Assembly: GCA_054600435.1 (NCBI GenBank)
Contig: BAAIJX010000063.1
Coordinates: 1 to 64,000 of the forward strand
DNA length: 64,000 nucleotides
Source: Neophaeotheca triangularis
Lineage: Eukaryota
Direction: 5' to 3'
Shown here one piece after another: positions 1-12,169 of the stretch (its first letter is position 1; the number at the start of each line of letters is the position of its first letter). The position numbers and the translations under genes are program-made. The notes beneath the pieces were generated by a model, which had not been told where the DNA came from, ran no database searches, and saw only the letters and a list, made by a program, of their open reading frames with translations.

Positions 1-77
1 TTTCTTGTTTTTTTTTTTTTGGTTCCCCCCCCACAAATTTCTCACTCCTCCTTACCCCCCCATTTCCCTAAATAACC

Positions 78-108
<31 letters not shown>

Positions 109-122
109 AAAAAAAAAAAAAA
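1..122. repeat. Homopolymer/low-complexity tract (poly-T, poly-C, poly-A), possibly contig-edge or low-quality sequence
   Basis: Runs of T (~1-20), C (~76-98) and A (~99-122) at the very start of the window; no coding signal. Confidence 0.7.
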
Positions 123-1145
123 GGCAGGCTATCAAGATTGAGAACAAGTGCAGTCCGAAAGCATCATCGCTATCTTTCCATTCCCCTTACATACAAAGTG
201 TGCATACCGTAGTTTACATAAACTAGTTAATAGCAAGTTTGGTTTTCTCATGACGAGATAACGTACCGTACACACGGCCGCCACTGGAAACGCATCATAT
301 AAAAAACAAATCTATAAAGTTATACTCACCCGACAGACAGCTGAGAGTTGAAAATCAAAAACAAGCCCCACGCGTCGAAGAATAGTGTCGGTAGATAAAG
401 CAAACGGCCTATTTCGCATGAGCGACGGGTACCAGTCTCCCATTCTAACCCAACTGAACCTATCCTATTCCATCCTATCCCATGGTAACCTATCCCATCC
501 TGCCCGAAAGAGTCTCTAGCAGCTATGGATCCAAAGACTCACTCCCTCCACACACCTAGAAAACCTCCCCTTCTACACCCACAACCCCCCACCCCCAGCT
601 CTGAGAGCCAAGACTAAAAACTCCTCCGAAAAGAAGACAGTATAACAGCGGGGAAAAAAAAAACTTTGCAAAAGGGGTAATCGAGCTAGCGAAAGAGCGC
701 GAAAAAAGAAAAAGAAAAAACGTCAAAAAGGCGGTCAAAACGACAACGAAGAAGGGAAAGCGAGAAAACACAACCGGAGGAGGAGGAGGGGGAAGAGAAA
801 GCACCGCCGCTTCAACGCCTGCTACAAAAAGAAATCAAAACATCAGAGACGGTGCCAAAGCTAGACGAGGCAAAGCAAGGCAAAGTAAGAAAAACACCCA
901 AACCCCCACATCGCGCCCCAAGCAGTCTCAGCACAGAAGAGAGAAAACCCCCCTCCCCTCCCCTCTCCTCCCCGAGGTTTTTCAAAGTGAGCATCACCTC
1001 CAGACCCACGTGCAACCGCCCTCACCCTAAAGCACTAACCGCCCCCCCCTCCACCGTCCCGTCACGTCCCTTCATCTCCTCAACTTCCCCGATCGGTTTA
1101 CTTAGTCAAGGAAGCGAGAATCATCCGGGGGGGGGCTTGAGGATT

Positions 1146-4100
1146 TCAAAACCCCTTGAAAGGATCCCTGCCCTCGTCGTCGAAAACATAGCCCGCGCGG
1201 CGTTTGTCTAGTAGACTGGCAGTGCTGCTGCTGACGCCGCTGTCGCCTCGTAAGCGGCGGGAACCTATGGGGCCCTTTTCGGCGCCGAAGGGAGGGGGGC
1301 CGGGACCGTTGGTGCTGTGGTGTTGTTGTTGGTGGTGGTGCTGGGATTGGTCTTGTGACACCAGAGGCGGCGCGGGCACGTACAACACCCCGTCTCGGAC
1401 CGAGGGGTCGACGAAAGCTTGCATGCGGACTGTGCCGACGGCTTCGAAGAAATTGTAGGGGGTGGGGTCTTCGGTCGGCGGTGGCCGAGGGGGGTATGAG
1501 GAGGGGGGTTTGTGGGTGTGGATGTTAGGGCGGGGGTTGCTGCTGTTATTGTTGTGGTTATGATTGGGGTTTGACGAAGGAATGGCGGCGCTGCTGGAGA
1601 AAGAGCGCAGGTTGCTGATTAGCGGTTGTGGTAGCCGGGGCGAGGTGTTGCTGCGTTTGCGCTGGTGGGAGTGGCGCGCCGTGTTGCTGTAGAGGCGAGG
1701 AATGGCGGGGAAAGCGGCGCCGTCGTTTTCGTCGTCGTTGGGGTCGTCGGCGGGGTCCATGGGTTGCTCGTCGGTGATTCTGGTTTGGTGGCGGGCTGGA
1801 GGTGGTTGGTCCGACATGCTTTTATGGAAGCTCGGGCGGCGGCCGTTGGCTAGACGGACGGAGTCACGGAGTTTGGCGCGCCCGAAACGAGGGGCTCCGG
1901 CTTTGTTAGGCCCCTGGGGCTCGTGTTGCGGCATCCGGATGGGCGGCGGTGTGGGCATTTCTGGCTCGAGGGAGGGTTTGCTGGGTGCGAGGTGGTTTGC
2001 TGGGGTTAAAGGGCGAGCGTCGCCGTCCGCGAGGAAGGAAAGAGCTGTCATCCAGAGCGCATGGCGTTCTGCCGAGGGCGCTGTGAACTTGAGGGCTCGC
2101 TGTGGCGTGAGTACGAGAATAGAGCGGTTGAAAGGCACTTCGACCTTGGCGTCTTTGGGCATGGGTGTGTCGTCTTTGACGTCCATGACAGATTGTATAG
2201 CCACTAGTTGCGAGTTAGTTGGAGCCTTCGACGTCGTTGCAGTGGAGAACTTACGTTTGCGGCCCTTCTTCCCCAGCAGCGCGATTCCATTGGCAGGCTG
2301 CTTGTTATCCCACATAATCGTCCTCTCGTAAGGAGACAGCCAAACCCAGCGCCTATGTCTCACCCCATTACCCGTAATATCGACAGTGCCATCTTCATCG
2401 GGCTTCAAACTCTGGTTCTCACCAACGCCAAACGACTTGCGCTTTCGAACATACTTGTACATCCACTCACCAACCATGGTCGCCGCAATAGCGTCAACGA
2501 GACCATTCTCTTGATGAGCATTAGACAAAGTGCTGTCAGCCGTCGCGGGAGGCCTGTCAAAGCCATTGGCGCCGTCAAGACCATTCCCTGATTGTCCTTG
2601 CTGCTGCAACGGCGTGGGGAGTTCCGGGATCGGGAAGTTGGTCTGCGGGCTTTCAAAAGCCATTGACTGGACAGGCGTCAAATCCGGCGAGCGTCTTCGC
2701 CTGCGGTACTTCTGCGGTGAGCTGCGGTTCGAGCGCGGACGGACGACCGCGGCAGATTGTACCTTGCGTAAATTTGGCTGGCTGATTGGCGTCGTGCGGC
2801 TGCCTCGAGTACGACGCTGGCTGAATGTATCGCTGTAAGGAGTCGGACTGGCAGAGCCTTCGCTATGGGCTTGTGGCGTCATGCGCGAGCTGGAGCGCGC
2901 CGGGATAGGAAACGGTGGCATCGCGGACTGAGTGCTGTACGAACTAGATGTCACACTACCGACGCTCGGGTTGCGTGAATGATAGGAGCTCAGTTTCGCC
3001 GGGGGCTTGCCTCGGGTCCGATGTGAGGTTGCTCTGCTGCTGGAGATTGAAGGCGCGGGAGCTGCAGCAGCGGATCCAGAAGTTTCCGGTCTGCGTTCGG
3101 GAGAGATCTCCTTGTCTTCTGGTACGGCTTTAGGGGGTTCGGAAAGCCCAAAACGACCGTGGGGCCTGTTCGTCGTGGGTATTGAGGTCGCCAAATCGCG
3201 CGATTCTCCGTCGCTCAACATGTCATCAAGGTCACTGTCATCTGACTCATCGGCAAGCCCAGCGAGATGACTACTGGCTTGCAAAGGTTTTGTGACACCG
3301 TATTGCGAGCTCCTGTTGAGCGGTCCGTCACTCTCTTGCTGCTGCTGAGTGTAGATCTCTCCTGGACTTCTCTCGTCGGCCGGCGGAGACAAGACAGGCC
3401 GGGGAAGAGGAAGCGGTCTCAAAGGCAACTTCAAGTCCTTTGGTGCGCTTGCGCGGGCTTTCGGCGGGCTTTTTCTTGTAGGACTTGTCCTCGTCAGGCT
3501 ACGTTTCGGTGGCGATCGACTGGCGGGGCCTGAAGAACCCTGTGCACGGTCGACATTGCGAAAGATTTTAGCAGTGCCTCCACTGGCCACCCTTTGCTTT
3601 GGCACTTCAGGGGGATCCTCCAATTCAGGGCTAGGGAGAAGTTGGGAACCCTCGGAAGCCTTGCCAGTTTGCGGCTTCGGAAACTCCCTTTTGTCGACCC
3701 GGATACCCTCTGTCTGCGTCGACGCATCTGTACTTATCCATGCCAGACAGGCTTGCGTGGAAGCATCCCTGGTCCCTGGTGGAAGAACGTACGTTCTTGG
3801 AGACGACGGTCTCGAACTAGGTGGATGAATGGAAATAGAAGGCACAAACGAGGGAGGGCTGAGGCTATCTCGCTTGTTCGCTTCCAATGGCCTCGCAGCC
3901 TCTGGTACAGCACCCTCTGTCTGAGTAGATGAAGAAACATAGGCGGATCTCTCATCGGATTTGAAAGGCATCTGATCGAACACTGGTGTCTGAGGTGGGC
4001 TGATAGGAGAATTGAGTAAGCTGGTCGTCACGTTCAAAGCGTGGTCTTGTCTTGCGGTTCCTCGCATCGCACCATTGGAGTTGGCCTCTACCGTGCAAGG

Positions 4101-5405
4101 TTCTCTGATCTCCGGTACATTGATTGTCGGATCAGAACATCCTTCCCGATCCGGCGATTGAGGCGGAGAAGGTTGGTAACCCGTATCTACGTACTGAACC
4201 TTGGTCGCACATATTGCAGTCTCCGGCAGAGTCGGCGTGGGCGCAGCTTCTTGCGAAATCGATGAAGTATGGCCATTAAGTGATGGAGAATTCAAAATTT
4301 CACCGATTATCTTCGAGCCGCGTTTCGCAATGACTCCGGGTCTGCTCTGCGAGTGATTCGACCAAGAGCGGGTCGATCGTTTGCCAGTACTTGGTCGGGA
4401 TGTCTCGTCATCCAGCTGATCAAAATCGTCCAAGACAGATTCAACTTCTTCATCAATGCCCAGCTCATCGGCTAGACTGTAGCCATTGGGCCTGGTATGG
4501 AGGTCAGGCGTCTCGACAACTTTTCGAGGCGAGAAAGAAGAGCGCACACTCCTGGTCCTATAGCTCAAGCTGCTCATGTTGCGTCTGTGCTTTCTGCCTG
4601 TCGGTGTCGAATTCACGCTTGCGGTATCGCTTTCAGCACCCACGCCACTGTCTTTGAAGGTCTCCCCATCATCACCTGCGTTCTTTTGCTCTAGTTCTTG
4701 CTCCGTCAAAGCCCGCTGCGATGTCATTTCGTCAACGAACGATCGCAACCTGCTCTCCGTCACGTGCACTCTGCGCTCTAGCTGTCTCCGCTCGCTCTCC
4801 CAACTTTCCTTGTCCTGCTCACAGATGACCTGCGTTCGCAAGACATCCTCATCCTGCCGCCGCAGCTTCTTCTGCGCCGCATCCAGTTTCCCTCTCAAAT
4901 CCTCCAGCGTGCCATTGGCCGCATCCCGCTCTTGTGTCAATACGGTCACAATCTCGTCCGTCCCCTCCTCCAACTGTTCCGCACGTTGTTTCGCTAGCCT
5001 TGCCTCTTTCGATCTAATACCCAACTCGTCGTTCAAAGCATCGCAGTCGTTCCTTGCGCTGGATAGGTTGGTCTCCAGGTTCTCCACGAGACTGTTCTTG
5101 GAGTCCAGTTCTCGACGCAGATTTAGAATCTCCGAAACCAACGATGCATGAAGAGTCGGCGTGAATCGTCGAGGATCCACCCCGTTATATCGGCCGTCTC
5201 GAGGCTGGTCATTGAGTTCTGTCGTATCCGGCGGCAGCGGAGGGGGAGAGACCGACGCTTCTCGCGAACGAGTCGATGAGGCTTGAGTTGTGCGAGAGGC
5301 TCGCTTCGATCGAATGTACCCTGGCGTTTCGTAGGGAGTGTCGCTGGGTGTTGGCAGTCCTTTTGCTCCAACGAAGGCTTGGTACTCGCTGAAGTAGTCC
5401 GTCAT
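1146..5405 (-). CDS. Num1/ApsA-family cortical protein: N-terminal coiled coil, disordered middle, C-terminal Mcp5-type PH domain (~1402 aa; exons 5405-2255, 2203-1146)
   Basis: Coiled coil (SLVSEILNLRRELDSKNSLVENLE...). PH-like segment AIAATMVGEWMYKYVRKRKSFG...RHRRWVWLSPYERTIMWD...SILVLTPQRALKFTAPSAERHALWMTALSFL. A 51-nt intron at 2204-2254 (GTAAGT...CTAAC...TAG) restores GRKLAIQSV. First in-frame ATG is 5405. Confidence 0.8.
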   Translation of the reverse strand: MTDYFSEYQAFVGAKGLPTPSDTPYETPGYIRSKRASRTTQASSTRSREASVSPPPLPPDTTELNDQPRDGRYNGVDPRRFTPTLHASLVSEILNLRRELDSKNSLVENLETNLSSARNDCDALNDELGIRSKEARLAKQRAEQLEEGTDEIVTVLTQERDAANGTLEDLRGKLDAAQKKLRRQDEDVLRTQVICEQDKESWESERRQLERRVHVTESRLRSFVDEMTSQRALTEQELEQKNAGDDGETFKDSGVGAESDTASVNSTPTGRKHRRNMSSLSYRTRSVRSSFSPRKVVETPDLHTRPNGYSLADELGIDEEVESVLDDFDQLDDETSRPSTGKRSTRSWSNHSQSRPGVIAKRGSKIIGEILNSPSLNGHTSSISQEAAPTPTLPETAICATKVQYVDTGYQPSPPQSPDREGCSDPTINVPEIREPCTVEANSNGAMRGTARQDHALNVTTSLLNSPISPPQTPVFDQMPFKSDERSAYVSSSTQTEGAVPEAARPLEANKRDSLSPPSFVPSISIHPPSSRPSSPRTYVLPPGTRDASTQACLAWISTDASTQTEGIRVDKREFPKPQTGKASEGSQLLPSPELEDPPEVPKQRVASGGTAKIFRNVDRAQGSSGPASRSPPKRSLTRTSPTRKSPPKARASAPKDLKLPLRPLPLPRPVLSPPADERSPGEIYTQQQQESDGPLNRSSQYGVTKPLQASSHLAGLADESDDSDLDDMLSDGESRDLATSIPTTNRPHGRFGLSEPPKAVPEDKEISPERRPETSGSAAAAPAPSISSSRATSHRTRGKPPAKLSSYHSRNPSVGSVTSSSYSTQSAMPPFPIPARSSSRMTPQAHSEGSASPTPYSDTFSQRRTRGSRTTPISQPNLRKVQSAAVVRPRSNRSSPQKYRRRRRSPDLTPVQSMAFESPQTNFPIPELPTPLQQQGQSGNGLDGANGFDRPPATADSTLSNAHQENGLVDAIAATMVGEWMYKYVRKRKSFGVGENQSLKPDEDGTVDITGNGVRHRRWVWLSPYERTIMWDNKQPANGIALLGKKGRKRKFSTATTSKAPTNSQLVAIQSVMDVKDDTPMPKDAKVEVPFNRSILVLTPQRALKFTAPSAERHALWMTALSFLADGDARPLTPANHLAPSKPSLEPEMPTPPPIRMPQHEPQGPNKAGAPRFGRAKLRDSVRLANGRRPSFHKSMSDQPPPARHQTRITDEQPMDPADDPNDDENDGAAFPAIPRLYSNTARHSHQRKRSNTSPRLPQPLISNLRSFSSSAAIPSSNPNHNHNNNSSNPRPNIHTHKPPSSYPPRPPPTEDPTPYNFFEAVGTVRMQAFVDPSVRDGVLYVPAPPLVSQDQSQHHHQQQHHSTNGPGPPPFGAEKGPIGSRRLRGDSGVSSSTASLLDKRRAGYVFDDEGRDPFKGF

Positions 5406-7930
5406 AATTGCTTCAGTACCGTTGTGGATGATGCGAATCAAGGCGATTTCGACGACGCCTCTTCAACACCAGAACAGTCGCCATGCATGTACACACCTCG
5501 TACAAGGACGCACGCGCGGGAAGCTGGGTAATACGTTAGCATAGTCCTGTGCGGCCTACCGCAGACTCGGCTTGCCTTTGAAAAGTTTCAGCATCGCATT
5601 GCAGCAGTCCCAGCTAACAACAGCTGCAGTGTCGTGTGCATGAGCTGCATATGCGGTGCAATGAGTCGACACGGTTGCAGCAACGGTCCGCCCAAAGATC
5701 ATGCGAAGACAATGAGTCGCGACCTGGCCAAGCACGCACGGGAGGAAAGGTTGGAGTGCTTAGAGGAGTTTTGAGCTCGACTCCTGATTACTTTGCTGCG
5801 ATTGGGAGAGGGTCAGCGGAGCAAGGTTAAAAGACCCCAATAGCACGATGCGATAGATTGATAATGTCCGAAACAGTAACGCTCAGTGTAGAACGAAGGT
5901 TCGGCCCATGTTTCCTGAGCGGGTTCACGATAGTTCACTTACCCTTGAATCCCCACTTCCCATGAACCTAATACCGCTACTAGCTCATCGATACCAAGGC
6001 GAGGAAAGAAAGGCACTAAAAAAACCGCAAGAAGCAACTATGAGTTGGTGTCAATGCTAACCGACAGGGGTCGTTGATAGGTCCGATGGCAACAACAACA
6101 ACGACTTGGGAAGATTTAAAGGCTCATATAGTCCAAGCAAGCAACAGGATTACTAAAAACGCGTAATTTCTGTGATGAAGGAAGTAGTAAAAGTCAGTAA
6201 GGAAGTTGGTAGTTGGTGAAAGCCCCCACTAGTTCTGCGCAATAAATCACCTAATACCTTAATATTAATGTTCCAAGATGCGGACGCATGCAGAAGCACA
6301 CGCCGCATGCACAGGCAGCAGATCGGAACGGTTTCTCTAGCGTAAAAGCCCCTCGAACAGCTTCTCCTGAGATTGGCGTGCCGACAGCCTACCAATTTGT
6401 GTGCAGGTGGTAATAAGGTGATGAGAGCCCCGTGGACCATGAATTGATCCACGTTGTTCGGCACGGCAAATTCTGTGTGCACTGCTTCTGATTGTAGCAT
6501 CACTTTTCCCGTTCATCGGCCAGCAGTTGCAGTGCTGGAGCGGTACGGTAGTTCACTGGGCACTAATAATTGGATCTCGAGTGAAGAAAACCGTTTCCTC
6601 AGCCCCGGGGGACTTTAGCTAGTGGCGGGTCAAAGTTAGGGGGCGCCGGCAGATTTAGCCCCGAAACGGTGGATATTGAAGCCAATCCGACCTCACCAAT
6701 AAATGCTAGCGAGCGTGCGTGCATTGGCCAGAACTTCGACTTGGCCGAGGGCAACGGCAACGGCTCGCGATGCTTTTGGGGATGATGGGAGCCGTTTCTC
6801 AGCCTCCAACAAGACCAAGAGTCGGAAGGCCTTACTCGGGCCGTCAACATCGATCAAGGCTTCGGTTCGGGTTGCCCAGTTGGTAGGCAAGTCGTGGTCG
6901 AAGTCGTCAATCGTCATCCTCGCATAAGTTATAGCCAGCGGCGGTGGAAAGAACAAAAAAAAGGCTACATAACCGGAAAGCGAAGATCGCTCGCTTGCAG
7001 TCGTCAGCAGCATCTTCTGCTTCAGCGCTCTCCTCCGCACCCGGGACTACAACATCAAGCTGTGCTGGTGTGTAAGAGTAGTGCAACGGCTGGTTGTGGT
7101 CCCTTGAAAGTCGTCGCCGGTGAGCAATCGCGCCAAAACCAACTAGGTAAGGTAAATTAGGGAGACGCAATCACGCCCATCACAACCGCGCAGACGCAGT
7201 CCACTGGTTTCCATACGGCCGCATTCGCGGTAAAGTGAAGCCACACCACCGCAATCATATTAATCAACGCGATGCGCGTCTAATTGCCGCAAGAAGAAAT
7301 ACCTAGGTAGCTAGGCTAGGTAGTCTCGAGTCTCGACCCGTCGCGAGATGAAGGCCCGCGCCAGAGAACCAGGAGGCGTCGAGAAAGTTTGTGGCGTCGT
7401 TTCAGTGCGAGGCCAAGAGCTCGTTGTCCCCGGGTGGCGCGGGAGACGGTATGGCAGCACGTGGATGGGCCACCACTCACTAGTCACACTCGAGAGCTTC
7501 AAGCGGATCCTGAGGGCAGAGTGGGATTTACTGTGAATGCGCGCCAGCAGTGCATACCTATCTAGGGACTTGGGAGTATCGTTGCTGTCTCCACGAGACG
7601 CATTTAATAGTTATGTAGGCAACTGCAGTCCAATACAGTGTGCCGCATGTGGCTTGGCATCGCGTTTCGAGTACAGGACCCTTCAAGTCAAGAATGCTCA
7701 ACACCGGTCACTCTTACGATGCGTTTTCCTTCTTTCAGCAGAACCTCGAGTTGACATTGGTAGGGCGACGTGCAGCTAACGCCACTGCCCACCACCGGCT
7801 ACGGGTATAACCACACCAACGTCCCCAGAACAGCGCAAGAGCCCGGCATCGGTCATCGCGGCAAAAAGTCACACGAATACATAGACCAACCATCGTAGAT
7901 CCAGCAACGCAAGACCAGCAAATACCCCAA

Positions 7931-8953
7931 TCAACCCCATCGCCCCCTTCCCTTCTCCTCCCTCCCCACAGCCTCATTAGCCCCCAGCTCGTTGAGCGCT
8001 TGATCCCCATCCAGCTCCGCCCTCTCCCCATCATACAGCTCCACCGCCGGTTGCTTCGCCGGCATCTCCGCCCTGTGCGCCATCTCGGCCCCGTGGCTCA
8101 TACACTGCATTCCACCGGCGAGCTGCGTGCGGCGTTTCTGGCGCCGGCGGAGTAGAAACCAGGCTAAACCTACGATGAGACCGCCGCCGATCGCGCCGGC
8201 GACTACCCCACCTACAATTGCGCCCGTGCTGGTTTCTGAGGATGAGGATGGGGATGTGTCTGAGCTGATTGGGGCGGTTGATTCCGCCGTGTCGGCTAGC
8301 TGGGTTATGGTTGTGGTTTGCATTGTTGGCGAGGTTGCTGATGAGGTAGCGTCGTCGGTGGAAGAAGCCGAGCCGGTGCTAGTGGATAGTGTCGCTGGGC
8401 TGGTACTACTGCTGCTTACTGGGACGAACGATACCGCGGTCTGATCATCTGGATCGTCCGGCGTCGCGCACATGTCGATGCTGTAGTATGTCCAGTCGGA
8501 ATCGGTATAGCATACACCCGGATTCGTGACGACGCGGCCTTCGGGGGAACTGTAGAAATTCGCGTCAGCAAGCCCCTCCGTATGCATTGCAATTGAGGGA
8601 GACTGGAGGTATGTGTGCTCTTACCAGATCCCCGAGGAGGTATCGTTCCCATAGATTGTCACTACACGCAGACATCATTAGCTTGATAATAAGAAGCCGA
8701 CGAATTGCCTCATTCATCGACATGAGGATGATAGCCCACCATTGCAACCATCGTCCAACTCGGTAATCTCGAAGCTCAGGAAATCGCCTCCGGCGCCTAG
8801 ACGACTGCATTGGCCATCGGTATAGCCATTCGGACCTTGTAACTCGCCGAGGGGTACCGCACATCCGGCATCGCGAAAAACCGTAATCGAAGAGCTATGG
8901 GCAACGAGATGGAATGAAGCGCTGACGCCATACACGAGTAGCAGCCGAAACAT
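7931..8953 (-). CDS. Type I single-pass membrane protein: signal peptide, small Cys-containing ectodomain, Ser/Thr stalk, TM helix, cytoplasmic tail (~289 aa; exons 8953-8740, 8661-8625, 8549-7931)
   Basis: Introns 8662-8739 (GTGGGC...CTAAT...TAG) and 8550-8624 (GTAAGA...CTGAC...CAG) join the track ORFs into MFRLLLVYGV...DDGCNVTIYGNDTSSGICSPEGRVVTNPGVCY. TM is GAIVGGVVAGAIGGGLIVGLAWFLL followed by RRRQKRR. Confidence 0.8.
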
Positions 8954-10386
8954 GATGAGGTGCGCACTGCGGTCTGAGCAAGAGGAGTGCGTGAAGAGGA
9001 TGAAGCGGGGAGCAATAGTAACAACTTTAAGAAGGCTGGCTCAGAAGGCTTTTGTTCCTGGATTCACGGTGAGGGCAACGTGCCGTGGTGGAGCTGGAGC
9101 TGAAGCTGAAGCTATGCAGTGGTAGTGGTAGTAGTAGAACAACGCATACCAACACGGGTCAAAAGTTGTGAGAGACCCAATCAAATGCAGGAACAGAAAA
9201 ATAGCTGTCAAGCTGAGTCGACAAAGACCTGCATGTACCAGGTTACTGATATTGCCCGGGGTAGTCTGCGCGAGGAAGTACTCGAAAAGCAAGGCGAGCC
9301 AGACCCTTATCTGGCCGTCTTTCCTGCGCCTTCAGCAAGATGGCGGCGATTTCGGAATCCTCATATCGAGGGAGAATTAGCTGGCAGGTGCAAGCGATTC
9401 TGCTTCCGGTTCTGCTGCTTTGCCGCAGTCACAGGCTGTGCCTCTGCGTAGAGGAGCGTGGAAAGCACCCACGGATATTTTGGGTGGCTGAGATTGCTTG
9501 CAATAGTTCCTGCAAGCCAAGACGATCCGGTCAGGCTGAAACGAATCCTTTGGCGATCTTATTACAAGTTCCCATTCATTGGATGCCATTTCGTAGGACG
9601 GGAGCACGTCGACCCATAGACGTAGAAATCCAGATCAAGCTTGAACTGCAAAGACTTAATAGCGAGATTCAACCCCACGCTGTGCAGCTTGGTGAACCAT
9701 TTCGTCGGCGGTTGGGGGCAGATGAAAATTCAGATACCTTATCCAGATAGCTAGGCGCCGGAGAAGAAGTACTAGTAAGGTAGGTGCAAGGTAGAGTATG
9801 CCAATCTAATTTACCATTGCATTTGAGAAAGAGTAGTGCAGCGGGGTTCGTCTTGGCCTGTAACCGTTGAGCTTCACATGAATCCGTCATCACTGATGGA
9901 GCCTGGAGGAGAAGGGTGAAGGTGGGCGTTAACGAGGTTCCAGGAGCGGTCGTAGCGATGTCAAGTCGCATTTTGCTAGATCTTGTCACCAGACTCTCTA
10001 AGGAAAGAACGCATTCAAAGAGAGACTGAATACATGCAGTACATAAGTCTGCGCTACCTATATAAGGTGAAGCTTGGAAGACGTGGACGGCAGCTTGCTG
10101 GGTGCCTCAGGCACCAGTATCAAAAAAATGGATTTCCATTTGGTGTCTGCTAAAGGTTGTGCTTGATACGGCAAGAAATAACAAACTCGACAAGACAGAT
10201 CGTAGAGTAGACTTGAAGTTAAAACAAGCCTCGGACTCGCATCACGGAAACTTCCCATCAAAACATTAAAAAAAAAAATATAGACCTACGTGGCTGTAGA
10301 AATCTCTTCTTGCCAGCGTCCAGAGGCGAAGAAAGAGCAATTTGCTGCATAGGAAACTGCAAGACATTGTATACCACTCAAATCTC

Positions 10387-11707
10387 ATGGCCAACAATAT
10401 GGATCAAAATGCTTCCACCCCCGATCCAAGGCAGCCAAACCAATCCGTGGATGAACTTACAGATGCCCTCACTGCAATGATGCCCCCCGGCATGGAGAAA
10501 ACCCGCGTTAACAGCACCGAGGCCCTACTAGCTGAGATGAACCGCGTACCGCTGTTCATGACCTCTTTGGATCCCAATTCTGTTGAAGAAAATCCGGAGC
10601 TCGATGCCCTACGAGCGCTAGCCTACGAGGGCACTCGAGTGGAAATCGCCGCCAACTTCCGCGAACAAGGCAACGAATGCGCACGCGAGAAGCGTTGGCG
10701 CGACGGCAGGGAGTTCTACACAAAAGCGCTCGCCGCGCTGCAAGGTCCACGACGACCAGAAGGGGAGCCCGAGATGGGCGAGCCGGAAGTCAATCCAGAG
10801 CTCGGGAGTGGCATTGTCGAAGAAGTCAAAGATGAAGAAGAGCAGCAGCGGGAAGAAGAGGCCAAAGAGCATGAGCTGCGGGTCGTGTGCCTTGTCAACC
10901 GCGCCCTCTGCCAGCTTGAGATGAGTACTAACCACCCACTCCACCCTGCACACAGATGCTACGCTTTCCACAGACTGACCACCACCTGCAGAGAATTATG
11001 GCTCATGCAACCGAGACTGTGCTTCCGCCCTCTTGCTCTCCCCACGCAACGTCAAGGCCTGGTACCGCGCTGCGAGCGCCTGCCACGCTCTCAATAAGCT
11101 CGCTGAAGCCCTCGACGCCTGCACAAACGGCCTGAAATTCGACCCAGCCAACAAACCGCTCCAAGCTCTCAAGACCAAAGTCGAAGCACAACAAAAGCAG
11201 GCCGCTGAGATCATAGAAGCGCGCCGCAAACGTCAAGAAAGGGAAGCAAAAGAAAAGGCCACATTGGCTTTGACCTTCAAATCTCGAGCCATCGCCACAC
11301 GCGCAACGGGCGACCCACCGGATTTAGAGGACGCACGCCCGGCTCTCACGCAACCGCTCGATGCGACATCGACGCTCTGTCTGCCGGTTATCTTCCTTTA
11401 CCCGCTGCATGGACAATCTGATTTTATCAAGTCTATTCCCGAGACTGAGAGTTTGGGACAGCATCTGGAGTACATTTTGCCCGTGCCTTGGGATGAGAAG
11501 GGCGAGTACGGGGTTGAGGGCGTCGAGTGCTTTATGGAGACTGTAGATGGGGGGTTGGTGAAGATTGGGAAAAAGGTTGCGCTCAGTCGGGGGCTTTCTG
11601 GGGGAAAGGTGCAGGTTGTGGATGGGTTGGTGAGGGTGCAAGTTGTGCCTAAGGCGAGGATGGGAGAGTATGTTGAGGAGGTTAAGCGAAGAAGAGGGAG
11701 GCAGTAG
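10387..11707 (+). CDS. CNS1: Hsp70/Hsp90 TPR co-chaperone Cns1/TTC4 (~417 aa; exons 10387-10924, 10992-11707)
   Basis: MNRVPLFMTSLD...NPELDALRALAYEGT..EIAANFREQGNE motif. TPR helices (VNRALCQLEMKNYGSCNRDC..NVKAWYRA) after removing intron 10925-10991 (GTACTA...CTGAC...CAG). C-terminal wheel domain (PVIFLYPLHGQSDFI). Confidence 0.92.
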
Positions 11708-12169
11708 GGTGACTTGGGATTAGTAGGTTTTCGGTGCTGCTGGTATGCAGGTGGGCTGCATGTTGCTTTTATGAATTACGAAGAGGGTCATCTAGCGGGT
11801 TTCTGCCACCCTTTGCGCAAAGCCCGTGGAAGCGAAGATGTTGTTTTCAGGGTGTCGGATGGTCGAAGCAAGTAAGAAACGTTTTAGTTGCCATGGAACG
11901 TGTCATGTCTTCTCTGAAGTGCCGACTCCTTCGACTGCCATCTATCCACTTCTCATCCCTTAAGAGTATAGATCATACCTTTTAGGATCTGTCTGTGTTC
12001 AAGTCCCTGAACCTTCACCGCCAAGCCTGACGTTGCGGGAAAACAGCCGCCTAGCAACGGCGAAGGAGCAACCCCACCACACTGCTGGCGTTTGCTTCTG
12101 CCCACCCAAACGAGCACAAAGGAACGTGACTCTTCTCGCTCCTCTGCCAACGAAACCTTGTCGGAGAGT

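Noticed and set aside
5..1211. Short ORFs in the first 1.2 kb (poly-P/poly-K, Phe-rich)
   Set aside because: They are translations of homopolymer and purine-rich low-complexity sequence downstream of the PH-protein gene.
5900..7700. Several 60-116-aa ORFs and possible decayed coding sequence
   Set aside because: No recognisable motif or consistent splice model, and no transposase, RT or terminal repeats seen.
9000..10300. Fragmentary ORFs between the membrane protein and CNS1
   Set aside because: No coherent frame or domain; possibly a gene relic but unsupported.
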